A DNA stretch of 64,000 bases from Laetmonice hystrix (Eukaryota): positions 41,914,001-41,978,000 of the forward strand of contig OZ249436.1 of assembly GCA_965235115.1 (NCBI GenBank). The letters run 5' to 3'. Position numbers and translations under genes: made by a program. This document shows positions 53,371 to 64,000 of this stretch, in pieces (position 1 is the first letter of the stretch; every line of letters starts with the position of its first letter). The notes under the pieces are model-generated. The model was not told the origin of the DNA. It saw only the letters and a program-made list of their open reading frames with translations, and did not search any database.

Positions 53371-53570
53371 CTGAAGGTAGAGCAAATGACAAAATTGATA
53401 ACAAATGTTGTATTACAATTAAACATATTACTGAAGGGTAATTCACATTGTCAATACATGCATACGGTAAAGCACAATAAACAAACCAATGTCCTAATTA
53501 ACAGCTGGATGAACCACTTCTTTTGACACAGTGTAAATTATGTTCTAAGTGGTAAAAAAGTTAAACTTAC

Positions 53571-53647
53571 CACACTGAATCCCCAGTGCTATACTAAATA
53601 GTGCCATGTAGCCGAAGTAGAATGACGTTTGAAACAGTCCATACATT
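53571..53647 (-). CDS. TM9SF3: TM9SF3 exon
   Basis: [25 protein letters not shown]. Confidence 0.96.
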
Positions 53648-54061
53648 CTGAAGACAAAATCAAATGCATTATATTTTTCCACAAGACGATTTCAATCTGG
53701 GATATATTAAAAGTTGTCAGACTGGAAAAAAAAGTACACATCGTGTAGTTCCCACTTTTTCTGAATGACCAGCAACTGAAGCAGACGTTTAATATTTCTC
53801 ATAACAGCTTCCCTTCTATTCGAAAAGGGAAGAAAGAAAAAAAGCATCGTATGTAATTACTACTGTTCCTAAACTTGTTTCCAGTTTGTTTTGAGAGAGT
53901 CAATCAACAGAATTATTTGTAGCTTGGGCCTTCTAGTACTACAAATAAAATGCCGTGCTCTGTAAACAGTAATTGCCCAACAGATTTGTAGGCGTGATGC
54001 TGTCGTACTGCAGCTATCTTTCATTGCGAACAGTTAGCAATAGAGATGACAAAACACTCAC

Positions 54062-54145
54062 TTGGTTTTGAAGAAGAAATAGTAGAATGAGTACAGGTAG
54101 ACATAGCCTGCTGTAGAGCCCGCAGCCAAGAAACTTGTCCACTGC
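54062..54145 (-). CDS. TM9SF3: TM9SF3 exon
   Basis: [28 protein letters not shown]. Confidence 0.96.
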
Positions 54146-54332
54146 CTGTAAATTGTCGTGCACAAATGACTGATTTGTAAAAACGGCATTAATACGTGTT
54201 TTTATGTTTCACAAATAAAAGTGTTTCATCCTGCGAGTACCAAAGATTGCTGTGAAGGCTTCAAGGGATTACTGCATCATATTATACACTGTCACTGATT
54301 TGTTACAAAATGATAAACCACGAGATCTTTAC

Positions 54333-54548
54333 CATCGGTAGTCCTCTGCATTGAGAAGGAAATAGGTGCAGACGATGGTGACACAGACTGTGACTATGGC
54401 GAGAATCACAAACACGAGCAACATGAAGCCATAGACGTAGTAGATCTTGTAGGCCCAGAACGATGTGAAGATGAAGTACATTTCAATGAAGATGGAACCA
54501 AACGGCAGTACTCCACCCAAGGCAATGATCACTCCTGGCTCCATGAAC
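54333..54548 (-). CDS. TM9SF3: TM9SF3 exon
   Basis: [42 protein letters not shown]...NAEDYRW. Confidence 0.97.
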
Positions 54549-54906
54549 CTGTGGAAAATGGTGTTCATTATAATCTCGCGAGCTGCCGAGTTCTCTTTCA
54601 GAGATGTCATCTCACACTGTCATTTGTAATATCAAAATTATGTGAACCAGGCAAAGAGCTCATGTCTAAGATTTTTATATGAATAACGATTCGATAGTAG
54701 TAGTACACGGACTTGAAAAGCAATGCTGGAGACAGACTATTCATGATTGCCAGTCACTAAAGTAAAGGTGTCACAACAGTGAACTAGTTTTGAAAGAGGC
54801 GATTTATGCTCACTTTATGTTAATGGCATCATTTCATGACATTTTGTCCTCAGGCACATTTGGATTTACTTCCTTGATATTTAAATTAAGCAGTTAAAGC
54901 ACCTAC

Positions 54907-55046
54907 CACTTTTTCTCTGGGATGGGTCTTGGTACAGCGTTTATTCTGCACGGATAGTTAGGTTGTCCTGCCAGATTCCTGCCCAGCACAGTTCCTACCA
55001 GGGTCAGTGGTAGGATGACAAACAGGCAGATGCATGCCACGGCCAC
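54907..55046 (-). CDS. TM9SF3: TM9SF3 exon
   Basis: [47 protein letters not shown]. Confidence 0.96.
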
Positions 55047-55603
55047 CTGCAGACAAGACAATTCAATCCCAAAGGGCACAAATTCTTACACAAATGTAAA
55101 TTTCTCAACAATTAGATTTGCATGCTCCAAAATATTCCTGGCAATTGATGCTTTGTACATTTGGGATGGAGCCCAGCATTTTGGAGATTATTTTTTGGAC
55201 AGTGAGGTTCAGCCTAATCAATGGGTAACGTAGATAACGTAGTTAGTTGGTCAGTGGCAGAACCAATTATCAAGTTCTTTTGCATATATATCTGAAACTG
55301 AAAGCAGGACAGAGGCGACATCATGCCATGCGAATGTTAAACCCAAACAACTGTCTGTTTCCAATGAGGCTGCTAGCCCTCAGCTTGGTCACCATACAGG
55401 TTGGAAAGTATACACAACAACAAAAGAAATGCAACAATTTTAGAAGGCTGGGCTGAGTTTCTGTTCTTGGGGAGCAGTCAAAGGGGTTGTCGACATTTGG
55501 AGTATGGGCCGCCGATGCCAGGCTGTGCTCACAGCACACGATGGCCACAAACGCTAATGAGTAGGGAACATTGTGAATGGCAGTATGCTCACCTGGTGGC
55601 CAG

Positions 55604-55773
55604 GGGTGCGTTTCTATAAAGCCCAAAAGACTCTTTGAGACCCTCGCTGAACCCAAGGAGTCTTTGCGGCGACGTGGTGTTTCTATAACACTCTATTATT
55701 TAACACTGGTTTCGAAAAGACTCTTTTGAAAGACTCTTTGCTCAAAGACATCTTTCATTACAGAAACGCACCC
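55604..55773. mobile_element. Harbinger/PIF-like MITE
   Basis: GGGTGCGTTTCT...AGAAACGCACCC; flanks CAG/CTG; internal aaagactcttt repeats. Confidence 0.8.
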
Positions 55774-56046
55774 CTGTGCTCCAGCCATCAAAGGCTTAAG
55801 CCATCTCTATAATTCCTTTCTGATTTTGTTACCAATAAATCCGTCTTCAAAATGGTGTTTCTATTTTGTCATTGCTGCTTTCCTCTTTCCTCCAATTCAG
55901 TGTTGTGTTTCTTTTGTTGATTACAGTTTTATATCTACACCACATTATGTGCCGATTTAATCTTGGGCAATTTGGTCAGAAATTCTCTGGATTTCACTTC
56001 TTCACTTTACCACAGACCAGAGCATAACTGGGATTCAGTTGTTTAA

Positions 56047-56331
56047 CCCTTTCCAGTCTGGCGCAGTACCCTGCCAGGGGGCTGGGGGATTTTCAGAGAA
56101 AATTACACAAAAAATTCATGGGGGGGGGGGGAGTCCATAGATTTTATTTAAGTTTGAGATGATAGGAAATATGTTAGATTTTCAAAATAAATCATTATTT
56201 TGGAAGGTGTTCGACTCCTGACCATTTGACCAGTGACCATTCAAAAAAAATATTCATCCTGTATCCCATATGGGATACGCCCAGAATTATGTTTTTTTAT
56301 CCTGTATGCTATGGGATACGACTCGAAAGGG
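56047..56331. mobile_element. piggyBac-like MITE
   Basis: TTAA|CCCTTTCCAGTC ... GACTCGAAAGGG|CTAA. Confidence 0.7.
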
Positions 56332-56796
56332 CTAACTAATTTGGACAATTCATATGGCAGCTCCCATCTCACATACCCTCCCCATTCTCTCCTTTTCTTT
56401 TCTTTTTTAAATTTTATTTATTTGTTTATTATTTATTTACTTTTTTTTTATTTACTAACCTTTAACTTCATATGTGTTATATATGGCTAAATTATGGTTC
56501 GAAAGTCACAGATAACAGAGTGTCAACTATCATATATATAAAATGGGAAACGCACAAAGACTAGCTTAACCATTATAAAGTATCCTTACTAACTATCGTA
56601 CATTTATTGTTGTCTCAAAAATTTCAGTGGTCAGTCAGCTCGAGTGCATGTAACTGCAAGAGGCCGTATAACGGCACAGTATGTTGCAGGAAGACCAGCG
56701 CTTCGCGTTGAAGCAACCTGTATACTGTTAAAACGATTAAATAAAAAAAAAAAAAAAAAAAAACTTTAAAAGATAATCTTGAGTGCCAAAACTTAC

Positions 56797-56927
56797 CATA
56801 GTGCCAAAGGGAATGGCACGAGATGCATGGTAGTAGATAGCAATAAAGTTAATGAAGAAGGCCGTGCCACACAGGAGGGCAGGCAACAGGAAGGCGCTCA
56901 TTAACATCTGTTTGATCCAAATCTTGC
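56797..56927 (-). CDS. TM9SF3: TM9SF3 exon
   Basis: [44 protein letters not shown]. Confidence 0.96.
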
Positions 56928-57121
56928 CTGCAACACAACCATACATAATTACACTTCAGCAATTTCCATTTAACAGGCTCATGCCAAATATCAATTCACT
57001 GCATAATATCTCGGCTAAGAAATTTCTTTTAAGTAAGGAACCAAAACATTATTTAATCTTCTAAAAAGAATAAAAATTGTACTGTAATTTATCAATGTAA
57101 CGTTAACTATTGATGCATTAC

Positions 57122-57216
57122 CTCCTGTTCTGGCATACAGGCTGCCGCCGAAGTACCCATTGACTGGGGCCGTGGCAGCATAGACAAAAATGGCAGTGCT
57201 CAAGAGGGATCCACGT
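57122..57216 (-). CDS. TM9SF3: TM9SF3 exon
   Basis: [31 protein letters not shown]. Confidence 0.96.
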
Positions 57217-57460
57217 CTGAATCAGATCAGAATGTTTACCTTCATGAATACAAGTTTTACGTATCACGTAAATTACTATCTATCGGAATGAAAAGGACTC
57301 AAGCCACGTAACTACAACATCTGGAAGCACATTCCATTGAATTAGATTTTTAAAGGTTATTTTTACATACAGCCTAGGCCGAAGTGGGAAATAATCAAAG
57401 TTTCAATCTAGTAATAGGACTTAACGCCACTGTTATTTTGAAATGCCAGAATGTACTTAC

Positions 57461-57759
57461 TCTGTGTAGAGTTCTCCAAGGATAGCAAAAGATATCACAC
57501 AAAATGCCACAACAGCAATCTGGTAGCCCGTGCCAATTAAAGCAGAAAATAGCATTGGGTGGGAGGCAGGTCTGAAGACATCTCCATGGACCTGCTTCCA
57601 GCCATACTCATCCCCAAGGTCACGTTCCATCTCATCAAGGTCGTCCTCCTTGCTGTAGCGAGCGTAATCTTTTCGCAGAGTACGCATGAGGATCATAGAA
57701 ACCAGTCCGACAAGGAAGATGACCATCATGAAGGAATTAAAGATGGAGAACCAGTGGAT
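57461..57759 (-). CDS. TM9SF3: TM9SF3 exon (first TM segments)
   Basis: [35 protein letters not shown]...[12 protein letters not shown]...LYTE. Confidence 0.97.
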
Positions 57760-57768
57760 CTGGAGACC

Positions 57769-58202
57769 AAACACAATCCTGACATTACTAACAGTCAATA
57801 AATGAGTTTATAAAAACTCGCTAGTCAAGTAAACACAATCCTGACATTACTAACAGTCAATAAGTGAGTTTATAAAAACTCGCTAGTCAAGTAAACACAA
57901 TCCTGACATTACTAACAGTCAATAAATGAGTTTATAAAAACTCGCTAGTCAAGGAAACACAATCCTGACATTACTAACAGTCAATAAATGAGTTTATAAA
58001 AACTCGCTAGTCAAGTAAACACAATCCTGACATTACTAACAGTCAATAAATGAGTTTATAAAAACTCGCTGGTCAAGTAAACACAATCCTGACATTACTA
58101 ACAGTCAATAAATGAGTTTATAAAAACTCGCTCGTCAAGTAAACACAATCCTGGCATTACTAACAGTCAATAAATGAGTTTATAAAAACTTGTTAGTCAA
58201 GT
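57769..58202. repeat. 62-bp tandem repeat, 7 copies, abutting a splice acceptor
   Basis: aaacacaatcctgacattactaacagtcaataaatgagtttataaaaactcgctagtcaagt x7 = 434 bp. Confidence 0.97.
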
Positions 58203-58353
58203 AGACTCGGTGTCTCTGAGAATTACTCCTGAATCTATCCTAAACAGAAGCCATGTAAATACTGGAAGTAGGTTGTTGTTTAATCATCTCTACTTGTCCC
58301 CTTGTAACACGAATGCAATCCTTTGACATCTGGTTACGGGTGCTAACACTTAC

Positions 58354-58431
58354 CCTGTGTTGGAAAAAGTTGGGGTCCAAGTACTTGTCAAATCTGTCAT
58401 CAAATTTGATGTTTGACTTGTGCCATTTTGC
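58354..58431 (-). CDS. TM9SF3: TM9SF3 exon
   Basis: [26 protein letters not shown]; phase 0-0. Confidence 0.96.
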
Positions 58432-58550
58432 CTGAAAATCAAACAAATACCCGGTAATGATTGGAAACTGTCATGAGCTTTCTTCAAAATACTTCCATTC
58501 CACAAGAGCAAAAATTCTGCCGTACTTAAATAATGTCACTAAGCAGTAAT

Positions 58551-59195
58551 CAGGCATGCCTCTCCCGGCATATTGTCAGCCAGACGCCCGCCAGCCGACT
58601 AGCGCACATGACTGATTCGCTTAGGTATCAAACCTACACCTCCCTCTCGTCCCCTTAACTAAACAGAATTTAACCGCCTCCTTTTCACATAGTGCTTTTC
58701 CATTCCTTAGGCTTAGATTTCGGTTAACACACAGACAAATACGATGATGTGGATCAACACACTCTCGCCAGCATCGGCACCATAACACTTGTGTTTGCAA
58801 ATTGCGGAGTAAATAAACGACGCATTCTCATTGGAGAAAATAATATCAACTTAATTTCCACTAATTTTGACGTATATTTAGCCAATCGCAGAGCAGACAG
58901 ACACTATTCAGTCTGTAGATTTATGGCAGACGAGTTCTCCTTGAATGCGGAAAATTTGTAAACAGAAGCACGTGTTGACACCAATGTCTTCCTGGCCCCT
59001 TCCGACGCCAGCGAGGGTGCGAGAGACTGATCAAGAATGTGACGTATTGACGGGAGATTTCTAGGTGTGCAAGGTGCCAGCAAAAATGCACTGGACACTA
59101 TGTTTTTTGGCTCTAAATTAGGCTTTTATTCCTCGAATTTGGGCCAATTTCAATTCTCAGAAATTGGGCAGATCTTGGAAACACTGACATGCCTG
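58551..59195. mobile_element. Non-autonomous DNA transposon with 6-bp TSD
   Basis: CAGGCATGCC...GACATGCCTG termini; AGTAAT at 58545-58550 and 59196-59201; subterminal aattgggc-like repeats. Confidence 0.75.
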
Positions 59196-59251
59196 AGTAA
59201 TATTCCAACTAAATGACTTCCATACCTACAAAGAACAGGAAAACATCTCAC

Positions 59252-59412
59252 CTCGTATGTAAAAGATATTTTTATATTTGGAGCCAGCTTGACTTTAGCC
59301 TCACTGGTGAGATTCACATCAACAATCTGCTTGCCATTGTAGCCAATGTCGAACTTCTTGTGCGTCCAGATGTAGTAGCCTTCGCCACCTTCATCTATCT
59401 CCCCTACGATTC
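59252..59412 (-). CDS. TM9SF3: TM9SF3 exon
   Basis: [54 protein letters not shown]. Confidence 0.96.
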
Positions 59413-59743
59413 CTGCAAGGCAAGTCATTCATACTGCCTTAGAAACAAGCTTCGTGCATACATGTGTCTCTTTGCCTGCCTTTGGATGACAAGGGGATGA
59501 CCCGATACAGGGCCCGGTTTTTTTGTTTACTTTTCCACCGTGAGCAAGGGTGAGCTGAGCTGAGCAAGGGTAAGCATGAGCTCATTCTCGCTGTTTTCGC
59601 GTTTTTTTGGGTTGCTTTTTTCCATGAGGCGTGCTCATGGTGAGCAAGCTCGCGGAAAAACACCAAAAAAAAAAAAAAAAAAACAGTGAGCAAAACGGTG
59701 AGCATGAGCTTCTGCTCACCCTTGCTCAGCTCAGCTCACCCTT

Positions 59744-62700
59744 TAGTCCAGTTGAAATTTCCGGAACCTAGAAATGTTCTTTCCTATGAAATTTTTTTGT
59801 TGATTCATACTCTAATGGGGTCCTAGAACAAATTCAACTTGGTTGCCCAAAGGGCAACTTTGGGCAAATCTCGTAATCTGCATAAATCCAAGATGGCCGC
59901 CCAACGCCACCTTGAAAATTTAACTTTTGAACTACTTGCCTTAGAATGATGTATAATACATCATTTTAGGGGTTTTTGGATATGTAGAATCCATTTCTGA
60001 TGTTATTTTTTCAATTGAAGGTCAAGGTCAGGTCAAATTCAAGATGGCCGCCCAACGCTACCTTGAAAATTTAACTTTTGAACCACTTGCTTTAGAATGA
60101 TGTATAATACGTCATTTTAGGGGTTTTTGGGTATGTAGAATCCATTTCTGATGTTATTTTTTCAATTGAAGGTCACGGTCAGGTCAAATTCAAGATGGCC
60201 GCCCAGCGCTACCTTGAAAATTTAACTTTTGAACCACTTGCCTTAGAATGATGTATAATACGTCATTTTAGGGGTTTTTGGGTATGTAGAATCCATTTCT
60301 GATGTTATTTTTTCAATTAAAGGTCAAGGTCAGGTCAAATTCAAGATGGCCGCCCAAAGCCACCTTGAAAATTTAACTTTTGAACCACTTGCCTTAGAAT
60401 GATGTATAATACGTCATTTTAGGGGTTTTTGGGTATGTAGAATCCATTTCTGATGTTATATTTTCAATTGAAGGTCAAGGTCAGGTCGAATTCAAGATGG
60501 CCGCCCAAAGCCACCTTGAAAATTTAACTTTTGAACCACTTGCCTTAGAATGATGTATAATACGTCTTTTTAGGGGTTTTAGGAGTTGACACCAACCTGC
60601 CCAGAGTGATTAGGACCCTACGCCAACTGCCTGTAGCGATTAGGTCCCAATATACCCCGCCTGGCTGTAGTGAGTGAGTGAGTAGTTGGTGTTTAATGCC
60701 CAGTCAGCCACCTGTAGAGATTAGGGCCCTAACCCCAGCTGACTGTAGTGAATAGGAACCTATATACACCACCTGCCTGTATTTTCTTTTGAAATGCACG
60801 GGCGTCAGGGGTAACCCAATTACTTTGACAATGTCCCTAAAGAGAAAAGTTGTATAGTCCTCTACAGGAATAGAACCCCGGCCCCAAGATTACTGCACCC
60901 ATTCGCATAGCATAAGGTGTCGACACCCATGCCTACTCGGCCACCGCCACTCCCCTAATAAAGGAGCTTTGGTGGTCGAGCAGGACAATGGACCCTCCCC
61001 GTACACACATCTTCCGAAATGAGACGGAATCCATATTTTCCTAGATAGAGCTACACATGATTTCTACCGAACATTGACTGTTAAGGTAATCCTGGCACTG
61101 GCGTAGACTGTATTTTTCTTTTGAAATGCACGGGCATCAGGGGTAACCCAATTACTTTGACAATGTCCCTAAAGAGAAAAGTTGTATAGTCCTCTATAGG
61201 CATTAGGGCCCTATATACCCCACCTGACTGTAGTGATTGCGCCGCTATATACCCCACCTGACTGTAGTGATTACGTCCATATATACCCCACCTGACTGTA
61301 GTGATGACGTCCCTATGGCCACCTGACTGTTGTGATTAGGCAGCTATATGCCCCACCTGACTGTATTTTTCCTTTTGAAATGCACGGGCATCAGGCGTAA
61401 CCCAATTACTTTGACAATGTCCCTAAAGAGAAAAATCGTAAAGTCCTCTACAGGAATCGAACCCCGGATCCAAGATTACTGCACCCATTCGCATAGCATA
61501 AGGTATCGACACCCATGCCCACTCGGCCACCGCCACTTCCCTAAAAAAGGAAGCTTTGGTTTATTATGTCCCTATATACCCCACCTGGCTCTTGTGATTA
61601 GACCCCTATGTACCGCACCTGACTGTATTTTTCTTTTGAAATGCACGGGCATCAGGGGTAACCCAATTACTTTGACAATGTCCGTAAAGAGAAAAGTTGT
61701 ATAGTCCTCTACAGAAATCGAACCCTGGCCCCAAGATTACTGCACCCATTCGCATAGCATAAGGTGTCGACGCCCATGCCCACCACCTCCCTATATGATT
61801 AGGGCCCTATATACCCCACTAAACAGTATAGTGAGGCCAAACAATACAGTGAGGGCAAAAGGTACAGTGAGGCCAAACAGTGCACGGAGGCCAAACAGTA
61901 CAGTGAGAAGTCATGGTACTAGCTGGCCTGTTTCCTGTGGGTTTACAAGGGAGCGTCCTGTTTGTTACCAGCCGTTTATTGCCATTCTAAGACCCTAACC
62001 TGACCTTGACCTTCAATTGAAAAAATAACATCAGAATTGGATTGATTCTACACACCCAAAAACCCCTAAAAAGACGTATTATACATCATTCTAATGCAAG
62101 TGGTTCAAAAGTTAAATTTTCAAGGTGGTGTTGGGCGGCCACCTTGAATTTGAAATGACCTTGACCTTCAATTGAAAAGATAACATCAAAAATGGATTCT
62201 ACATGCCCAAAAACCCCTAAAAAGACGTACCGTATTATACATCATTCTAAGGCAAGTGGTTCAAAAGTTAAATTTTCAAGGTGGCGTTGGGCGGCCATCT
62301 TGAATTTGACCTGACCTTGACCTTAAATTGATAAAATAACATCAGAAATGGATTCTACATACCCAAAACCCCCTAAAATGACGTATTATACATCATTCTA
62401 AAGCAAGTGGTTCAAAAGTTAAATTTTCAAGGTAGCGTTGGGCGGCCATCTCGAATTTGACCTGACCTTGACCTTCAATTGAAAAAATAACATCAGAAAT
62501 GGATTCTACATACCCGAAAACCCCTAAAATGATGTATTATACATCATTCTAAGGCAAGTGGTTCAAAAGTTAAATTTTCAAGGTGGCGTTGGGCGGCCAT
62601 CTTGGATTTATGCAGATTACGAGATTTGCCCAAAGTTGCCCTTTGGGCAACCAAGTTGAATTTGTTCTAGGACCCCATTAGAGTATAAATCAACAAAAAA

Positions 62701-62763
62701 AAATCACAGGAAAGAACATTTCTAGGTTGGTGTATTGAACACATAGGACTGTCAACTGGACTA
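59744..62763. mobile_element. Non-autonomous foldback DNA transposon, Academ-like
   Basis: TAGTCCAGTTGA...TCAACTGGACTA termini; 3-bp TSD CTT; about 0.8-kb inverted arms built of 151-bp tandem units; no transposase ORF. Confidence 0.85.
61362..61542 (-). mobile_element. tRNA-derived SINE-like unit (further copies near 60778-60955, 61109-61200 partial, 61624-61782)
   Basis: Minus-strand A box TGGCCGAGTGG (61519-61529) and B box GGTTCGATTCC (61453-61463); A-rich 3' end. Confidence 0.6.
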
Positions 62764-63188
62764 CTTGCTCACGGTGGAAAAGTAAACAAAAAAAATGGGC
62801 CCTGGTTACTGACTCTCTGTTGTCAACCATCAAGTCAGTGCCTTTTTCTTCAAACACAAAGAGATAATTGTATGAAAGTAAATTACACTTAACTTCACCT
62901 GTAGTTTTTTTATTCATCTCCAAATCATCACATAAAAGTATGGCACACTTCAAATAATAGTGAATTATTTCAGTGTAACCATATTTAATTGTCATGTCTC
63001 ATGAACAGGTTTCAAATTTTAAATCATCATTTCATTACCGGTACAGAAAGGCATTTCCTATCTGAAATGGAATTTCCAATGTGGACCAGAAAAAAACAGA
63101 ATTTTCACAATTTTGTGCCAATATAATTTAAATGGATTTGTCCAAGCCAATTTGAGTGTTTTACTACTTTTCTCAAATTTATACTTAC

Positions 63189-63311
63189 CCCAAATTGGTA
63201 GATCATCAATGTACATTTGGTACCAATAATGGTTCTTGACGGCATACACAAAAGCCTGATACTTCTCTTCAGTAAGAGTTACCTCACAGTATTGTGTTTT
63301 GGCTACATCAG
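63189..63311 (-). CDS. TM9SF3: TM9SF3 exon (lumenal domain)
   Basis: [40 protein letters not shown]; cAG acceptor, GTAAGT donor. Confidence 0.96.
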
Positions 63312-64000
63312 CTGAAACAAAAATGAAAAGAAAGCGTCATCAAGGCAGCTATCACTCTGAAAACTTGAAAGAAATGAATGAAAGGCTGGTCTAGAATAGG
63401 AGGTAGGAAAACTAAATTATACAAAGCCATGGCTATCACAATATTTATGACAAGTACAAAATACTAGTCATCAATCTCCACATTGGTCAAACTATGGTCT
63501 GTTGAGTCTTAGAAGATCCCGGGTATATTCATGAGCTCCCACCCCATTACAGTTTACATAAGGTTGAATTAGGTCGGTTGTAGCCAATGTGATGAAAGCA
63601 GAAACTAGGTCAACATTCTTTATTCCAGAAATGTTTTATACATGTGCACAATTAAACACGCCCATGGAGAAGGTACGGTATTCACTGTATACAAATGACC
63701 GGTGACTGGCTGGAAAATCATGTGTACAAATAAGTATTTGCTTAAATTACGATTTGTATGTGTCTTCATGATAACAAACCATATGACAGACGTTCTGTGG
63801 TTGCCATTCCCCAAACAAATACAAAAACTTTAGATAGCAGTACAATGTACAAGTTTTGGATGTGGAGACATGTATAAAGTTTTACTTTTCAAATTTCAAG
63901 ATACTGGCTTGTCTGCTGCAAGTATTTCAAATATTGACGGGAAAAAAAGAATAAACGTGCCATGGGCAAGGTAGTAAAAAAATCCCATCATGTGGCAGGG

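Larger units (their letters stand above)
59511..62801. mobile_element. Harbinger/PIF-like MITE interrupted by a nested 3-kb element
   Basis: 59511-59743 plus 62764-62801 reconstitute the 50297 family element; flanks CAG/CTG. Confidence 0.9.
53303..63311 (-). other. TM9SF3: Gene span: transmembrane 9 superfamily member 3 (last 11 coding exons; 5' exons off-window)
   Basis: Exons join in frame (1472 nt) to TAA at 53303. Nonaspanin motifs are present and the protein ends in KID (KxD/E motif). Confidence 0.96.

Noticed and set aside
61362..61542. Functional tRNA gene
   Set aside because: A and B boxes are present but I could not build an acceptor stem or cloverleaf, and the unit is multi-copy inside a transposon. 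Treated as SINE-like.

Overview
This is eukaryotic, intron-rich genomic DNA from an invertebrate animal (protostome-like is my inference; the species cannot be determined). Two spliced genes lie in tandem on the minus strand. (1) The 3' part of TM9SF3: 11 coding exons from 63311 to the stop at 53303, with the N-terminal exons beyond the right edge. (2) About 6 kb downstream, a BMP1/Tolloid-family astacin metalloprotease: 12 coding exons from about 46530 (or 47004) to 1942, encoding signal peptide, prodomain, astacin domain, CUB1, CUB2, EGF and the start of CUB3; it continues off the left edge. All exons were joined by hand with GT-AG boundaries and consistent phases. As I recall human annotation, TM9SF3 lies directly upstream of TLL2 in the same orientation, which suggests an ancient conserved gene pair. 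The introns hold minisatellites and many non-autonomous DNA transposons with readable inverted termini and target-site duplications (TSDs). These include a 3-kb Academ-like element, nested in a Harbinger-like MITE, that carries tRNA-like Pol III promoter cassettes. Other points of interest are a 150-158-codon in-frame extension upstream of the Tolloid signal peptide, a polybasic prodomain, a GC-rich multi-hairpin island in Tolloid intron 1, a 45-bp intronic hairpin and paired CTCF-like motifs between the genes. No CRISPR array, rRNA gene or intact tRNA gene was recognised.
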